Assembly (NCBI GenBank): GCA_032718475.1
Contig: JAUCBJ010007511.1
Location: 1 to 47,759 of the forward strand
DNA from: Nemertoderma westbladi
Lineage: Eukaryota > Animalia > Xenacoelomorpha
Direction: 5' to 3'
Length of the DNA stretch: 47,759 nucleotides
The notes under the pieces were generated by a model, which worked only from the letters and a program-made list of their open reading frames with translations, did not search any database and was not told where the DNA came from. The position numbers were made by a program, and so were the translations under genes. Below, piece after piece: positions 12,731 through 25,801 of this stretch. Positions within the stretch are counted from its first letter, which is position 1; each line of letters begins with the position of its first letter.

Positions 12731-13199
12731 TGTATCATCACTCTATTGCAGATGCGTTCAAATAACGTATGTGTAGGTGTATGGAAGAGTAGAAGCGATG
12801 CAAATTTCAATTAATCATTAGCCGCCCACATTATATTCAGACATACACATACACATACGTTATGTGAACGCCCCTTTAATCAAAAATCGTATTTTGAGAA
12901 AAATCGAATCAATCTAAAGTTCAACGGATCTGCACGAAAACATGTGAATGTCTGTTTGAACAACTTTTCACTCACTACATACGTAGTACTTACCAAGTTT
13001 GGTTTAGTTTCGGCAATGATTGGCTGACTTATCTTGGTTTTAATCAACATTCTGAAACTACAGGTATCGACAGACAGACTGCCTGATTTTTGACCAAAGT
13101 TCAGAATCATTCTAAACTTTTGACATAACACATATTTACCAAGTTTGGTTTAATTTCATCAATGATTGACAGACTTATTACTGTTCTTATCATAAGTCT

Positions 13200-14098
13200 G
13201 AAACTAATGGTCTGGTACCGACTGACAGACGGTCTGATCAGATTCTTTCTAAACTTGAAACAACTGGTCTGGTACCGACTGACATACGGTCTGTCTGATC
13301 AGATTCTTTCTAAACTTGAAACAACTGGTCTGGTACCGACTGACAGACGGTCTGATCAGATTCTTTCTAAACTTGAAACAACTGGTCTGGTACCGACTGA
13401 CAGAAGGTCTGATCAGACCAGTGGCCGGACCTCCGCATTGCTAATGTAATCCATAGTGGGGGTTGGGGGGTGCTTTTTTGCCGAGTCAGCTCTCGGGGCA
13501 AATACCACACCCGCAGTGGGTGTCGCAATGGAGTCAGATATGAGGCCCATCACCCATATCTACTCTGGCGCACATGACCCACCATTGGCTGTTGCAGCTC
13601 ATCTGCTGGGTCATGCCCTGTACCCTTGCTGCCAGGTGCAGGTCGCAGTGAAGTGCTCTCAGAGTGGACATGAGAACACTCTACTCCTGACCAGCCATTG
13701 GTAGATCACCATCTGCCTGGTCAGGCCATATACCCCTGCAGCCAAGTATATGGGTCCTTAATCCAGGACCAAGGTCTTTATCCCAGAACGAAGGGGGTCC
13801 TAGTTACAGGACCAGATTTGCCCTGGTAAGAGGGTCTATGCAGCTACAGGTGGCACCTCCTTTATGCTGCATGGAGGTGGCAAGTTTTCTTGATCAATGA
13901 CCTAGAATACCTGACCTGACCTGTTTAAGAAACAACTGGTCTGGTACCGACTGACAGACGGTCTGATCAGTTCTTTCTAAACTTGAAACAACTGGTCTGG
14001 TACCGACTGACAGACGGTCTGATAAGATTATTTCTAAACTTGAAACAACTGGTCTGGTACCGACTGACAGAGACGGTCTGATCAGATTCTTTCTAAAC
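13200..14098. repeat. 57-bp tandem repeat split by a 0.5-kb insertion
   Basis: Unit ACTGGTCTGGTACCGACTGACAGACGGTCTGATCAGATTCTTTCTAAACTTGAAACA, about 4 copies left and 3 right of the insertion. Confidence 0.93.
13418..13923 (+). mobile_element. GC-rich, hairpin-rich insertion with (ACCTG)3 tail; SINE-like
   Basis: Interrupts a 57-bp unit; ends ACCTGACCTGACCTG; several internal inverted repeats; no TSD. Confidence 0.55.
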
Positions 14099-15196
14099 TT
14101 TTAACGAATTACATTCGCACAAAGTTTGGATTAATTTCATTGAGGAATGACCGATATTAGCGATCAAAAATTAGACGACGACGACAGACAACTCTTTAAT
14201 AAAATGTCCTTCGCCGTATGCATGTTTTAGTTTAAGAAAGTGGAGGGTTCCTGATAAATAAGCTTTCAAAGATTAGACTGATAGAGCCAGTCAAGAGGTT
14301 GAGATATAGTGGAACCCATATGCGAAGCTCGCATACTTTCGTGGCTCGCCCCACAAAATCACCATTAAGTATTTGAATGAATTTTGACAGATTTGATTGA
14401 ATTTCGACCGAATATTTCCACCATCCACAAGCGTAGCCTATGCAATAAGCTATGTTACCCGCACCGGGAATATTTCTCGTCATGGCAAACCAGGGATAAA
14501 GTTAATCAACACAGAGGCAAGGAAGTTATTACCAATAGAAACGCAAACTTTGTCAAGAAACAGTGCATTGCAACTCCCTGCGAGTAACGTAACACAGTGT
14601 CAATGAGACTGCATTATAATATTCAGCACTAAATGTTGAGCAAATAACAAAAGCGAATTGTATCAATCGCACTACGGCGCTTAATTAGCCAATTTGTGGG
14701 CAGTTCACCTACGGCAAAACAGCAGATGGGAAAATGGCGTGTCTGAACATAACTGCCCCAATATAATTGGGGAAAATGCGTAGCACTGGGGGAGGAGTTG
14801 ACTGTCGATAACTACTGTAGACATACCATTATTGGGCTGGAATGTTAATAATGTCCTCGCTAAACCAACCAGCCCGCAACGATGCGAAGTTACTTTATTA
14901 ATCTCGTAAATTACGCGAATGCCCGACTGTATATAAAATAGAAAAGCTAATATTGTTTACTTTAAACTTATAATTACAAAATACAAAGCCAAAAAGCAAA
15001 ATGAATGCTGCATTATATCATTATATACATCAAATAAAATAAGACCTGAACCAACTATACGGAAAACTAACCGTGTAAGTAAAATTCACCTGAATCTATG
15101 CTTGTAACTGCCACACAATCTAGCGGAAAAAGGGATCATTAGTTATAACTGCTTCAATACAAAATAAAACACTATCTAATCAACTAATTAGTTATA

Positions 15197-15789
15197 CAGG
15201 GTGTAACACAAAATGTAATGCGATTCCATTGAATATTCCGGAAGTCTGTACCCTAACGGACGGAATGAGTATTTATTGGTGTGACACTTATTTTATTGCT
15301 ATAGAAACTCGAAATATGATACGGGGGTAAACGCTACGGCGACAGCAGAGAACCACTCCCGAAAACGACAAAACCGAAACTGTAACCTGTGATTTTGAAT
15401 CTCGTTTATTGTTTTGGTTACAACAGCCTTCCAATATAACCAGTTATGTTTCCTCAATTAACAATTAACTTTAATTTAAAGTTAATAATCATTGTCGGCA
15501 GTGGTTGACGGTTGTAAATTCAAATCGGCTCTAAAGATATCCCCAATTAAACAAGTGTTTTGGAGAAGATAATCTTATATTAGTGCTAGAGTACATTCTA
15601 ATTTTTCTCACAATGATAATTATTTAGCAACTTTACTATGCAATTTGATTTTTACAGTTTCCATATTCTAATTGAGGAATACAACTAAGTTAGGATACTG
15701 ACTTTCAGGAGATACCCGAAATACCAAGATTTCTTATTCATATTATTAAAAAGGTAAGTTCGCATTTTCAAACTTCACGTGACACTCTG
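15197..15789. mobile_element. Possible Tc1/mariner-type MITE
   Basis: TA|CAGGGTGTAAC ... GTGACACTCTG|TA; short imperfect TIRs with TA flanks. Confidence 0.4.
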
Positions 15790-18131
15790 TATAATTGAGG
15801 GGGGGGGGGGGGGGGTCAAATAATGGGTGATGAAAAAAACTGGTCTCTGGTAACCTTTGTTTAGTAGAAAGAAGGGAACAGGTTACATTGGTTTCTAACC
15901 AAAACAATAAACTAATTTCACTATTTATTTGTGTTCCCATATCCCCCTTTGAGCCATTTCATTTCTTTCGTGACCACATTCCCCCCCTTACATATAACTA
16001 ATACTAACTCTAACACACACCAAAAACTAACCGTTAGTGATATTAACAAGTAACAATTCACCTTAAATAAACTATTTACCGCTAAATAATAAACTTGCCA
16101 ATAAATTTATAATAAATATTCACAAAATATTCGTTATAATATATCTATATATATTATATACCACAATAATATAGTTATATTATAAGTGTAGCAACCCAAA
16201 ACGAATCGATCCACAGATCAATGTCAATGTGGTGTCACGTTGTTTTTCTCTACAAACTAACTAAATATTTCGCATTTTCTATTTACAAATAATGTAAAAA
16301 CCAGTCCAAAAAGCCAATCAAAGCACTCCCAATAATGATTATAAGAAAATAGATACGTAGGCGTACGGTACGGTACGGTACGCATTATGGGAAATAAAAT
16401 ATAAGATACTGTCAGATTAACTTACAGTGCAAGGCATTTTAATGATTCTACACTATTCTACTGGAGACAAAAGCTGAAATTGTAATAGTTCAAGATTACA
16501 CTTTACCTCGCGTGCGTATGTAATTTAATTAGAAATTAGTTTACGAAGAATTTACATATCCAAAATCTGAAAAGTTAAAGGAGGAAATTTATTGTAGATC
16601 CAGGAACCTGAAAAATAATTTATGGGGAAAAGTAACGAATGTGGGACTATTGGTTACTCATATTGAGTTAAAGATACCTTCACAGGGAAAATACTTAATT
16701 TAATGGATTTATTCTGATGTAAAAACTCCAACCTGGAATCCGATACAGAGTTGCCTGCACTGCACCCAAGTAATAGTCCATGTCCCGTCCCCACTGGCTT
16801 CTCACCCCAGTAGCGGTCGCATAAACTCTTATCCGCTGTCGTAATATCTACGAATCCTATTTCTACCTTATCTACCCATTGGCCGCTGTTGTAATTTCAA
16901 ACACAATATTTATTCACGTGAATTAACTAGGCGGCCCTATAACGTCACGCCAGGTGCAGAAATAACATGTCCCTGGGGAGAATTTGGTAATTTGGTAACT
17001 CTAAAATTGCAATTATTTTTCAGTGTGATGGTTAATTCCTTGATTGATGCAAATTTTGAATATTTTGATGCGCCAAAAATATCTGTAGATCATAAAAATT
17101 GAAAATTCCACCAAAACCACCAACAATTTCATCGTTGTTTAATTAAGCATTATTCGTTTCTTAATTTTACAGTTTAAGAATTAAATTACAGTACGTTATA
17201 TACATTATACGAACGGTACAGTACACACTTGTTGTTGCAAATTTGCTCTCACTCACTCAGTACTGTTACTAGTTAGCGAAACAAACCACTGAGATTCCCA
17301 CAATGTAAGGAAACTTTACTCGATATTATGTATTAAAATAATATTTAAATATTATTTATTACCCAGTAGCCAGTACCATTCACTCACATTAGCCACTGGC
17401 GCACCGTGACTTAGTGGGTCTAGTAAGCCAGATTACATTCTCTAAAACTATGGACTAAAAGTCGCCTCTCTTTGGTGGTCGATTCTTCGATAAATAATTT
17501 CAGCGAGTCAGCTTCATTAGAAACAATAAAAAGAGACAAAAAAAACCTGCAACCAATGGGAGAGACACTTAATATTGTAAGAGTATCAAACATAAGACTA
17601 AAAGCCAATTAAATGTACAGCACAACGATAACACAACTATAAATCCGTCACTAAACAAAGGAATTGAAATAAAATATATTATTAATAAATATATAATAGA
17701 AAAGAACTCATGGAAGGCCGCCTTAAATAAACAATGAAACCGCCGGTATAGGTAACTATGAGAAAGAGACCAATCTCTTCATATAGGAGTGCAATTAATA
17801 ATACCTCGAGAAAAACAATAATTAGAGAAGCTGCACTCCCCCCCCCCCCCCAAGCTAGAACTAGTTATGAATTATAAATTAGATCAAGAAGTTACTATTA
17901 TAAAGCTGTTAAGGTTACTAAGCCCTAGTCGCCAAACTACCTACCAATACAGCTGCTAATCTAATAGAGTAGAGGATAGGCTAAACTTAGCTTAAACTCG
18001 ACTCGTCTCGTCTCGGCCACAGAAACGATGTCATTGCCTTGGCGACCGCCCCGTCTCACCGAGGTCCCTAGCAACGGCGTTTACTCGGCGACCTTACCGA
18101 GTAACTGGGATCCCTAGCAACGGGGTTGCTG

Positions 18132-19583
18132 TTACTGGAGCGGCGACTCGGCCAGCCGGTTCCAGCAGTCGCGCTCCGCCGCGTAGGAGAAACTCAGGAA
18201 ATAGGGTTCCTCGTCGATTGACTCGAGGTGAGACTTCCCGCCAGGGGGCGTCAGTTGCACCGGCTCCCCGGTGAACTCGGCGTCGAAGTTTCGGACGTCC
18301 TCCGCCGAGGTAATCTGCGGTTTAAACGGCGGCGGGATCTGTCGCTTCTCGAGCAGCGAGAAGTCGATGCAGGAGAAGAATATGTGTCGTTTAACCTCCT
18401 CGACGTCGGTCTTTCCGCCGCCTAATCGCAGACGGGGATCGCGGTTTAGGAAACGGCTGAGGACGGAGCGAGCGTTGTCTGAGAGACGGGAGGGGAAGCG
18501 AAGATCGCTGGTCAGGATCTGTTCGAACAACAACTCGTGGTCCCGGTGGTAGAAGGGCAGGCGACCGCACATCATCTCATAGAGGACTACCCCGATGCCC
18601 CACCAGTCAACCGATCGGCCGTAGTCGTTGTCTTCCAGCACCTCTGGTGCGAGATACTCCGGGGTCCCGCAGAATGTCCGGGTCTTCGCGCCGTACGTGA
18701 TCTCCTCCTTGCAGAGGCCGAAGTCGGTGATCTTTATGTGGCCGTCCGAGTCCAGGAGGAGGTTCTCCAGTTTAAGATCTCGGTAGACAACCCCTTTACT
18801 GTGGAGATAACCCAGAGCGGAACAAATCTCTGCCCCGTAGAATCGAGAACGTTCCTCGGAGAACAAACGTTCCCGAGAGAGATGAAAGAACAGTTCCCCC
18901 CCGTTGCAGTACTCCATGACGAAGCAAAGACGATCTTTAGTCTGGAAAGAATATTTAAGTGCGGTGAGGAACGGATGCCTGGAGTTGCGCAGAACGCGGT
19001 TCTCTGTGAGGGTGTGTTCCACCTCGTCTTTCTGTAGAATTACTTCCTTCTTAAGGATTTTAATAGCGAATAAACTGCCAGTAACCTTTTCCCTGGCCAG
19101 CAAGACTTTCCCAAAAGTTCCTTTACCCAACATTTTTAACATCTCGAAATCTTCCAACGTCATCTTCTTCGACGGTCTTTGATCTGAGTCGGTGCTGGAT
19201 CTACCGTAGACCTTTTTGGTATCTTCCGCATCCTCCATGGCGCTGTCTGTAAGAGACTCGGCGACACTCGTTATAGCGTCAACCCACTCCTCACGTTCAG
19301 CATGGGATTCCACATGAAACATTCGCTCGATCAATGTTGTCATCTGTAGACATCGCACCAGGAAGGTATTGGCTCTAGGTTTTTCGGTTTTCATAACCTG
19401 ACATTTAGCGACGGAGAATGTGTTGAGAGGATCAAACTCCGATCCAGGAAGGGGTTTATCTTTGTAGCCAATAAATGAACCATCGTTTTTCAAATGAAAA
19501 TAACGCGGTCGCCAGTTTTTTATATATTCTCCCCGTTTCATTAGCCACCCTTCCTTCATTATAACCTCGGGGTCATCAGCCAT
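18132..19583 (-). CDS. AKT: RAC serine/threonine-protein kinase (AKT/PKB), intronless, 483 aa
   Basis: PH domain [20 protein letters not shown]; kinase motifs [34 protein letters not shown]; turn motif LTPP; hydrophobic motif FLSFSY. Confidence 0.98.
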   Translation of the reverse strand: MADDPEVIMKEGWLMKRGEYIKNWRPRYFHLKNDGSFIGYKDKPLPGSEFDPLNTFSVAKCQVMKTEKPRANTFLVRCLQMTTLIERMFHVESHAEREEWVDAITSVAESLTDSAMEDAEDTKKVYGRSSTDSDQRPSKKMTLEDFEMLKMLGKGTFGKVLLAREKVTGSLFAIKILKKEVILQKDEVEHTLTENRVLRNSRHPFLTALKYSFQTKDRLCFVMEYCNGGELFFHLSRERLFSEERSRFYGAEICSALGYLHSKGVVYRDLKLENLLLDSDGHIKITDFGLCKEEITYGAKTRTFCGTPEYLAPEVLEDNDYGRSVDWWGIGVVLYEMMCGRLPFYHRDHELLFEQILTSDLRFPSRLSDNARSVLSRFLNRDPRLRLGGGKTDVEEVKRHIFFSCIDFSLLEKRQIPPPFKPQITSAEDVRNFDAEFTGEPVQLTPPGGKSHLESIDEEPYFLSFSYAAERDCWNRLAESPLQ

Positions 19584-19944
19584 TGTACAAATTCAATAAG
19601 ATAAAGTTCAGTAATTACCGGTGCCAGTCTGCCGGTAAATACGTATGGTATTACAGTATTAATCCCTGTAATACACTACACAGTACACTGGTACAGCAGT
19701 AATCCGGCTCCCACTGTCTCAGGCAGAGCGCTGGAGCGGTAAAGTAAATTAAGAAATTAGGTAAATTTTAACAAAATCTTTTTCTTTAAAAAACTGCAGA
19801 AATGTGTACGCGAGTACTGCTAGGACTGTAGGTGTAGGTACTGAGGTAGTACCGGTAGTTAATACAGAAAAAATAATTAAAGTTTTGTGGATTCACTCAC
19901 AAACAGTAACAGGCAACAGCAGTCAGTGACGCAGTCGCAGTCAG

Positions 19945-19986
19945 TGAGTCATTACATTAAATTACGAGACATGTGAGTCACGTGAC
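19945..19986. promoter_or_regulatory. Candidate AKT upstream motif cluster: two TGAGTCA sites and a GTCACGTGAC E-box
   Basis: TGAGTCA at 19945 and 19974; palindrome GTCACGTGAC at 19977-19986, about 400 bp upstream of the ATG; motif match only. Confidence 0.35.
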
Positions 19987-20434
19987 ATACAGACATACAT
20001 TGAATTGCCTAAGTACAAATGTTATAAATAAAAACAATATGTTATAAAATATGTTGTTTGAAATAAGAACTGTATAAAAAAGTAGTATTTATTATTTTAA
20101 CGCCACATACTGATACTGACATACTGTACTTCTGTATGTACAAAGTTTTAGTGCGAAAAATAGAGTATTTTAAATAAAGGTCTAGTGCAAAAAATACACT
20201 AAAATAAATCGAGTTGATTAAAATAGTAACATCATTTTAAAATAATGGTCTAGTGCAAAAAATACGTTAAAATAAATGGAGTTGATTAAAATACAGTAGT
20301 AACATCATGTACTGACAGAGGTAAAATTGAAACATTATAATATGTACAAGGGTCTAAAATTTATTTAAATTTTCTACTACCTATGTCTCAATGTCTGTAC
20401 TAAGAAACTACTGTACTTTACTACCTGACAGATT

Positions 20435-21030
20435 AACTGTGACAAAAATGTTTACTGTAAAATCAAATAAATCAAAATAAATTAAGAGGTGTTCTTTACT
20501 TGGCACTGACACTGACAATTAGCGACGGCCTAATTCAGTAATTGACGTAAAACATTACATACAATAGATGATTAGTTTAATAATAGAAGAACGAAAACTA
20601 TTATACATAATTCGTGACCTAGCTAAATTGTAATGTAGGGTGTAGCATCATTCTACTATACCAGTCAACCAGTACCTGCACACATATAACAATAAATTTA
20701 AGCGTTGCCTTTGAATAAAATAGAATGCTACAGTATAAACTAAAACTCTAAACCTTACAGTATGCCAAAACTTTAGGATTATTGTTGTAAATACTACTGT
20801 ATCAGTATCAGATACAGGGAGTTAGAGATAGATATGTCAAGTCCTAATAATGATGCACAACTATCTGTTAATTGGGATGAGGGATGGGCAATCAGTGTGG
20901 ATTATATTGCTCATTACTGTATAAATTTTAATAAATCGAAACTGTAAACTGATTCACAAACCAAACTCTTGGGTTAAAGAAGAACCATGACTATATACTG
21001 TATAATTGAATATTCATAATTATAATTCAC
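20435..21030. repeat. Upstream non-coding block duplicated at 44160-44660
   Basis: Shared ACTGTGACAAAA..TGTTTACT, AAACCTTACAGTATGCCAAAACTTTA and GAGATAGATATGTCAAGTCCTAATAATGATGCACAACT, in the same orientation relative to each AKT copy. Confidence 0.9.
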
Positions 21031-22824
21031 GAGGTACAATAATTCGTAACCACCTTTAAACTCATCTTTATCTGTATGTATGTAGATTTGTCAAGAACCT
21101 AACAGAAACGTCAAAACGTAGTTACTGTACGGCTAGTATGATAAGCCGCACAAAGCAATAATGTCTAAAATATCATGATTAACAGAGACACTGAGGCAGT
21201 GGCCCCATCGCATCGCGGTCAATTAATATCTCCCTCCTCTCAGCGAATTAATTTCCTAACTCAATGTTAAATTATCAATTATAGTCTACCTGCCAACTCC
21301 CGAAAATTAAGTTTAGATGGCATTTTTTGTTAATGGTTGGCATCCACCTGATTTTTGTACTTCAAGACATGGCGAATCCAGCTAGGCCGGATGCCACCTC
21401 TGCATTTTTGATTTAATGCCTTTTTTTGGTCTTCAAAGTTTTTTGCTCAAAAATGTGTTTTTGCAATTTTAGGATACAAGTTCATGGTGAATGTTAGTGA
21501 ATCTCGTCTCATAACCAGTGTATAAATTGAAAGTTAATCAAAATGCATCAATGTTGTCCTGAAACTGTTATAAACACTTTGGTAAAGAAGAAAATTTCCG
21601 AAATTCCCTTGCAGTCCGCCAACCCGGCCCTAGTAACCGCCTTAGCAACAGATTTATGAAATTTAAATTATCAATTTCTTTGTCTCACCTTTCCTTTTCC
21701 TGAGAAAATCAACAAACAGTTTTAAAAATAAAAAAACCCATCACACAACTTATATAACATCTTGGGAACACATCAAGGGCAATATATAATCAAATAGCGT
21801 CCAATGTCGCAGACACAGACCCATTATTTGGACCAGAGTAATTTTCACAAGTATCAAAATATTAAGTTTAAGTGGAGAATTCGTGTACCTTTACTCAACT
21901 ATTTGCTTATATATTTGTAATTATTTGAAAATATCACTACAGCTAAGAAGCATGGTGATACTTCCCGTCATATTGTACACATTCGGGTGACATTTACAGT
22001 CCACGTTACCATAGCAACAGACCAAATAAGACAATTTAACAAGAATATAATTTACAGTATAACTATAATGCAGTATTCCCTAGGCCTACCTTACTAGAGT
22101 TTGAGAGATTAAATGTAACACACGTCGCATAGCTATAACCTTCGACTGTTAGTCAACATCCTATCGTGACTTGGGGGAAAATTGTTTAATATAAATATGA
22201 ATTTTAAAGTATCTCATGCGTTCATTGAGGAGACCTACAGTGAATAGTTAACTCACTCTAAATTCTGCTACGATATTAGTTTTGCAACAGGCAGGTACAT
22301 CACACTATGCACCGTCGAGACAGGGAGGGGGCACAAATCCCCTTTCTGTTTTTATTTTGTTTTTATTTCAATTATTTTTTCTCAATGTTAAATTATCAAT
22401 TTAGGGAAAGGACCAGTTTACAATGGCACGTTATTCCAACCAAAACAATAAACGAATCTTAATAGAACAGATTGAAGTTTAATTTTTGAGAGTAATCGGG
22501 TGTTATTTGCATCGATTTTCCCCTGGAGAGGGATCAATTATGATTGCGTTGAAAGACCCCACCCCCCCTCTCTGTCACCTTAAATATCGACCTACCTAAC
22601 AGTAATGTTTCTTTCACTTTGAGATTGATTTTCACTATCACTTGCATCTGCCTATTATTATTATGACTTGATGGAAATGGATGATGACGAACATATTCCT
22701 ACTATTAAAAGGAAAACTTGCCCGAATGAGGTTTGTGACGAGACATGCATAGTATATGGAGCAAAGAAAGATGAGCTATTAAGAATTGCTTCAGTTGACG
22801 GAAAGTTAAAATTAAAGGTGTCAG

Positions 22825-25125
22825 CACTACTACTATTACTACTACTACTATTACTACTACTACTATTGGCATCCCACATTGCAGCTGCATTATATATATT
22901 ACATATATATTTAGAATGCTGTGCAGGCTTGTCGACAAAATTGCGTTGCCACAACTCTCTGGCACCCATGACAATTGCTATATCATCCGCATCTTCAAGG
23001 CCAGTGTCCTTTAAGATGTGTCTCAAGAAAGTCATGGGCTGTCCACCATGCTTATTCACTTCATGAGGTAGCCAAAGTACAAGATAATGCACTGGCTGTT
23101 CCTCACAGTGAAAGCAATGTCCTGCATGGCTGAGGCGGTTCCGTTCAAGTGGCAAATTGAGAAAGTGCCATCCAGAGATTTGGTATCCTCTGCAGTTAGA
23201 GCCCAGCGTGGACTCCCATGGAACTACTGCTGCCAGTAATAATCGAACCTTGAGGTACCGTTTTATTATGTGGGACTTACAAACCCTGGATAGTCTATTC
23301 AATGCAGCCTATGCCTCCCCCTTATGTATCCGAAGGTCCTCACCTGCGTTTCTGATCCATGATCCCAAGTAGCAGAAGTCATCCACGTGCTCAAGCAAGC
23401 CATTCCTGGAGCTTATTCCCTTACGATCAGACATTTCTTGAGGGCTGTCTAGGTTCACTGTCATAATTTTTGTCTTCTTTGAATTTACAAAAAGACAAAC
23501 ACTAGAAGCAACCTTGTCCAATGAGCAAAGAAGCCTTTGGGCTACCTCTAGTGATTCTGACAGTACCCCTATATCATCAGTAAAGTCTATATCAGTTAGG
23601 TACTTTGCTGGATTTCCTCCACTTATTGTGCCAGTAGGGGGTACCATCATCCCATTTTAATAATTTTAATTTTTATGGTCTAAGGACATGCGTAGAACAC
23701 AATCAACCACAATTAAGAATTAGAATGGTGCAAGTGTGTAACCCTGAAGGATTCCGCATAAGAGTTCGAATGGATCTGTGTCACCATCAGCAGTAGACGC
23801 AAATGGTGGAACCATCAAACAGTGATCGGAAAGCTGCAATAATTTCCCCAGGAAACCAATGTGCTACAAGTATGCTAAACATCCGTGGTCGGGAGACTGA
23901 GTCGAAGGCCTTAGAGAAGTCAACAAAGATAATAGCCAGATGTATGTCTTTCTTTGTTGATAACTCTTTGATTATCCTTCTAAGTGCCAGAATAGACTTC
24001 ATGTCCCACGACCTCTATGGAACCCATTTTGGTTCTCACAGGATTCCTGATGCGATTTAATAGAATTATGTTGTATTGCTTTGCAGCAATCGAGATTAAC
24101 GAGTTTCCACGAAAAGCTTTATAGGTTGTTAGGTTGCCCTTTTTTGGTGCATGGACCAACTTATATATTTTCATTTCTTGAGGGACTATCTTTGTCCTAT
24201 AAATACTCAGAATAATGGGGTGACTGAGCTCTAAGCACTCAGCAATTTTAAAGACCTCAGGGGCACGCCATCTACTCCAATGGCACGATTGGTCTTCAAG
24301 CCCCTTACTGCAGTCTTAATTTCAGCAAATGAGATGTGGATATCTGTGAGCACAGAATCAGATACACGATGTACCTCAAAGTTATCAGGCAATACCCTGT
24401 TATGTTTGGAAGCTTCTCAAAGTAGGCCTTCCAACATCCAACCATTATTGAGGAGTTCAGGAGTGTGCCGGCTTGTCAACAAAATGGCACCGCCACAACT
24501 CCCTAGCACCCATGACATTTGCTAGATCATCCGCATCTTTAAGGCCAGTGTCATTTAAGATGCGTCTCAAGAAAGTCATGGGCTGTCCTCCATGCTTATT
24601 CACTCCATCAGGCTGCCAAAGTACAAGATTATGCACTGGCTGGTCCTCACGGCGAAAGCAATGTCCTGCAAAGCGGAGGCGATTTTATTCTAGTGTCAAG
24701 CTTGGGGGAACCAATGAGACACCTCCAATGTTATATAGTGTCTGGTTGGAGATGTGTGCATTGTACTTGACACAATGAACCCGGCGTAGCATTCTTGTGA
24801 ATGTGCCATCCAGAGATTTGGTGTCCTCAGCAGTTAGAGCCCAGCATGGACTCCGTGTCCACAATAATAGGTAATAGCTGGATAAGGGTCGAAGTGCAAA
24901 TATACTTCAGTCTTGTTGTACAGAATAGAGCTCCTGTATTTCCCACGAAACAGAATATGGTATATCTGGGACGTGTGACCACTTGGTCCAGTATGAAATG
25001 TAGATGAGTGATGTTGACTTGCATTAAAGTCACCCAGGCAAATTAAGAATGCATGCTGATCCACTCCATCAGTAGATGCATGTAGATTGTGGTAGAAATT
25101 TTCCACTTCATCTTTCTGCACACTT
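22825..25125 (-). mobile_element. Scrambled RTE-like LINE fragments with (AGT)n tail
   Basis: PKKGNL, FVDFSKAFDSV, GILQGYTLAPF, DIDFTDDI, VDDFCYLGS, AGHC..PVH.LVLW; 3' segment present twice (about 22925-23230 and 24468-24860); endonuclease piece LGDFNA near 25030. Confidence 0.85.
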
Positions 25126-25325
25126 CTTCTTGTTCCACATACTATGCAAGTCTCTTCACAAATCACATTCGGGAAGTTTACCTTTAAGAGTGGGAATATG
25201 TTCGTCACCATCCATTTCCATCAAGTCATAATAATAATAGGCAAATGAAAGTGATAGTTTCGACGCAATCAAAATTGATCCCTCTCCAGGGTGAAAATAG
25301 ACGCAAATAGCACCTGATTACTCTC

Positions 25326-25716
25326 CGCCAGACCGTCCTACGGACATCTTGCCCCACCCCGCAGGGTTGGTGGCATTAGGTTCATAGAGGGCCAGTCGGG
25401 ACCTACCGGTAGCCTTATCTGGGAGTCCCGGTCTGAGTCGGACATACCTGTACTGAGGGAGGCCCTGACTGTCAGATCACACCCTTACCGGTACTACACC
25501 TCACGGCCTATATCCCTGGTTCGTTGAGTACCTACCGTCATAGGTTTTACCTCACCTAGTTAGTTAGGCCTATCATTTGTTGTTTATTGTTTACCTTTAC
25601 CATAGCAGGATATTTACCACCCTGTCTATCGCTTATTATACGATTGGATTATAGCCTATCTTCCTATTAGCATTCCTATTACCACTCAGCCAAGTGGCGA
25701 CTTTACCACCTTGGCG
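25326..25716 (+). repeat. 5' LTR (391 bp)
   Basis: CGCCAGACC...ACCTTGGCG, direct repeat of 29439-29829 with two differences spotted. Confidence 0.96.
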
Positions 25717-25730
25717 TGGTGGCAGCGGTG
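25717..25730 (+). promoter_or_regulatory. Primer binding site, tRNA-Leu
   Basis: TGGTGGCAGCGGTG is complementary to the eukaryotic tRNA-Leu 3' end CACCGCTGCCA-CCA. Confidence 0.85.
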
Positions 25731-25801
25731 TACGATTATTCGAATCCCTCCTGAATACCAACCCACGGTACCGGTACCGGCTGTCTAATTACGGATAAAA
25801 G

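Larger units (their letters stand above)
12850..14230. mobile_element. Probable non-autonomous repeat (Helentron/HINE-like) hosting a tandem array
   Basis: Repeated CAAGTTTGG-like motifs (about 12992, 13139, 14120), GACAGACAGAC-type microsatellite and central tandem repeat; superfamily is inferred from architecture only. Confidence 0.35.

Noticed and set aside
18228-19182. Plus-strand ORFs overlapping AKT and their counterparts at 41541-42491
   Set aside because: Antisense shadows of the coding sequence; shared only because the gene was duplicated
22661-23302. 213-aa ORF with Ser/Asn run and the antisense poly-Leu ORF
   Set aside because: Chimera of a LINE C-terminus, its (AGT)n tail and TIR sequence
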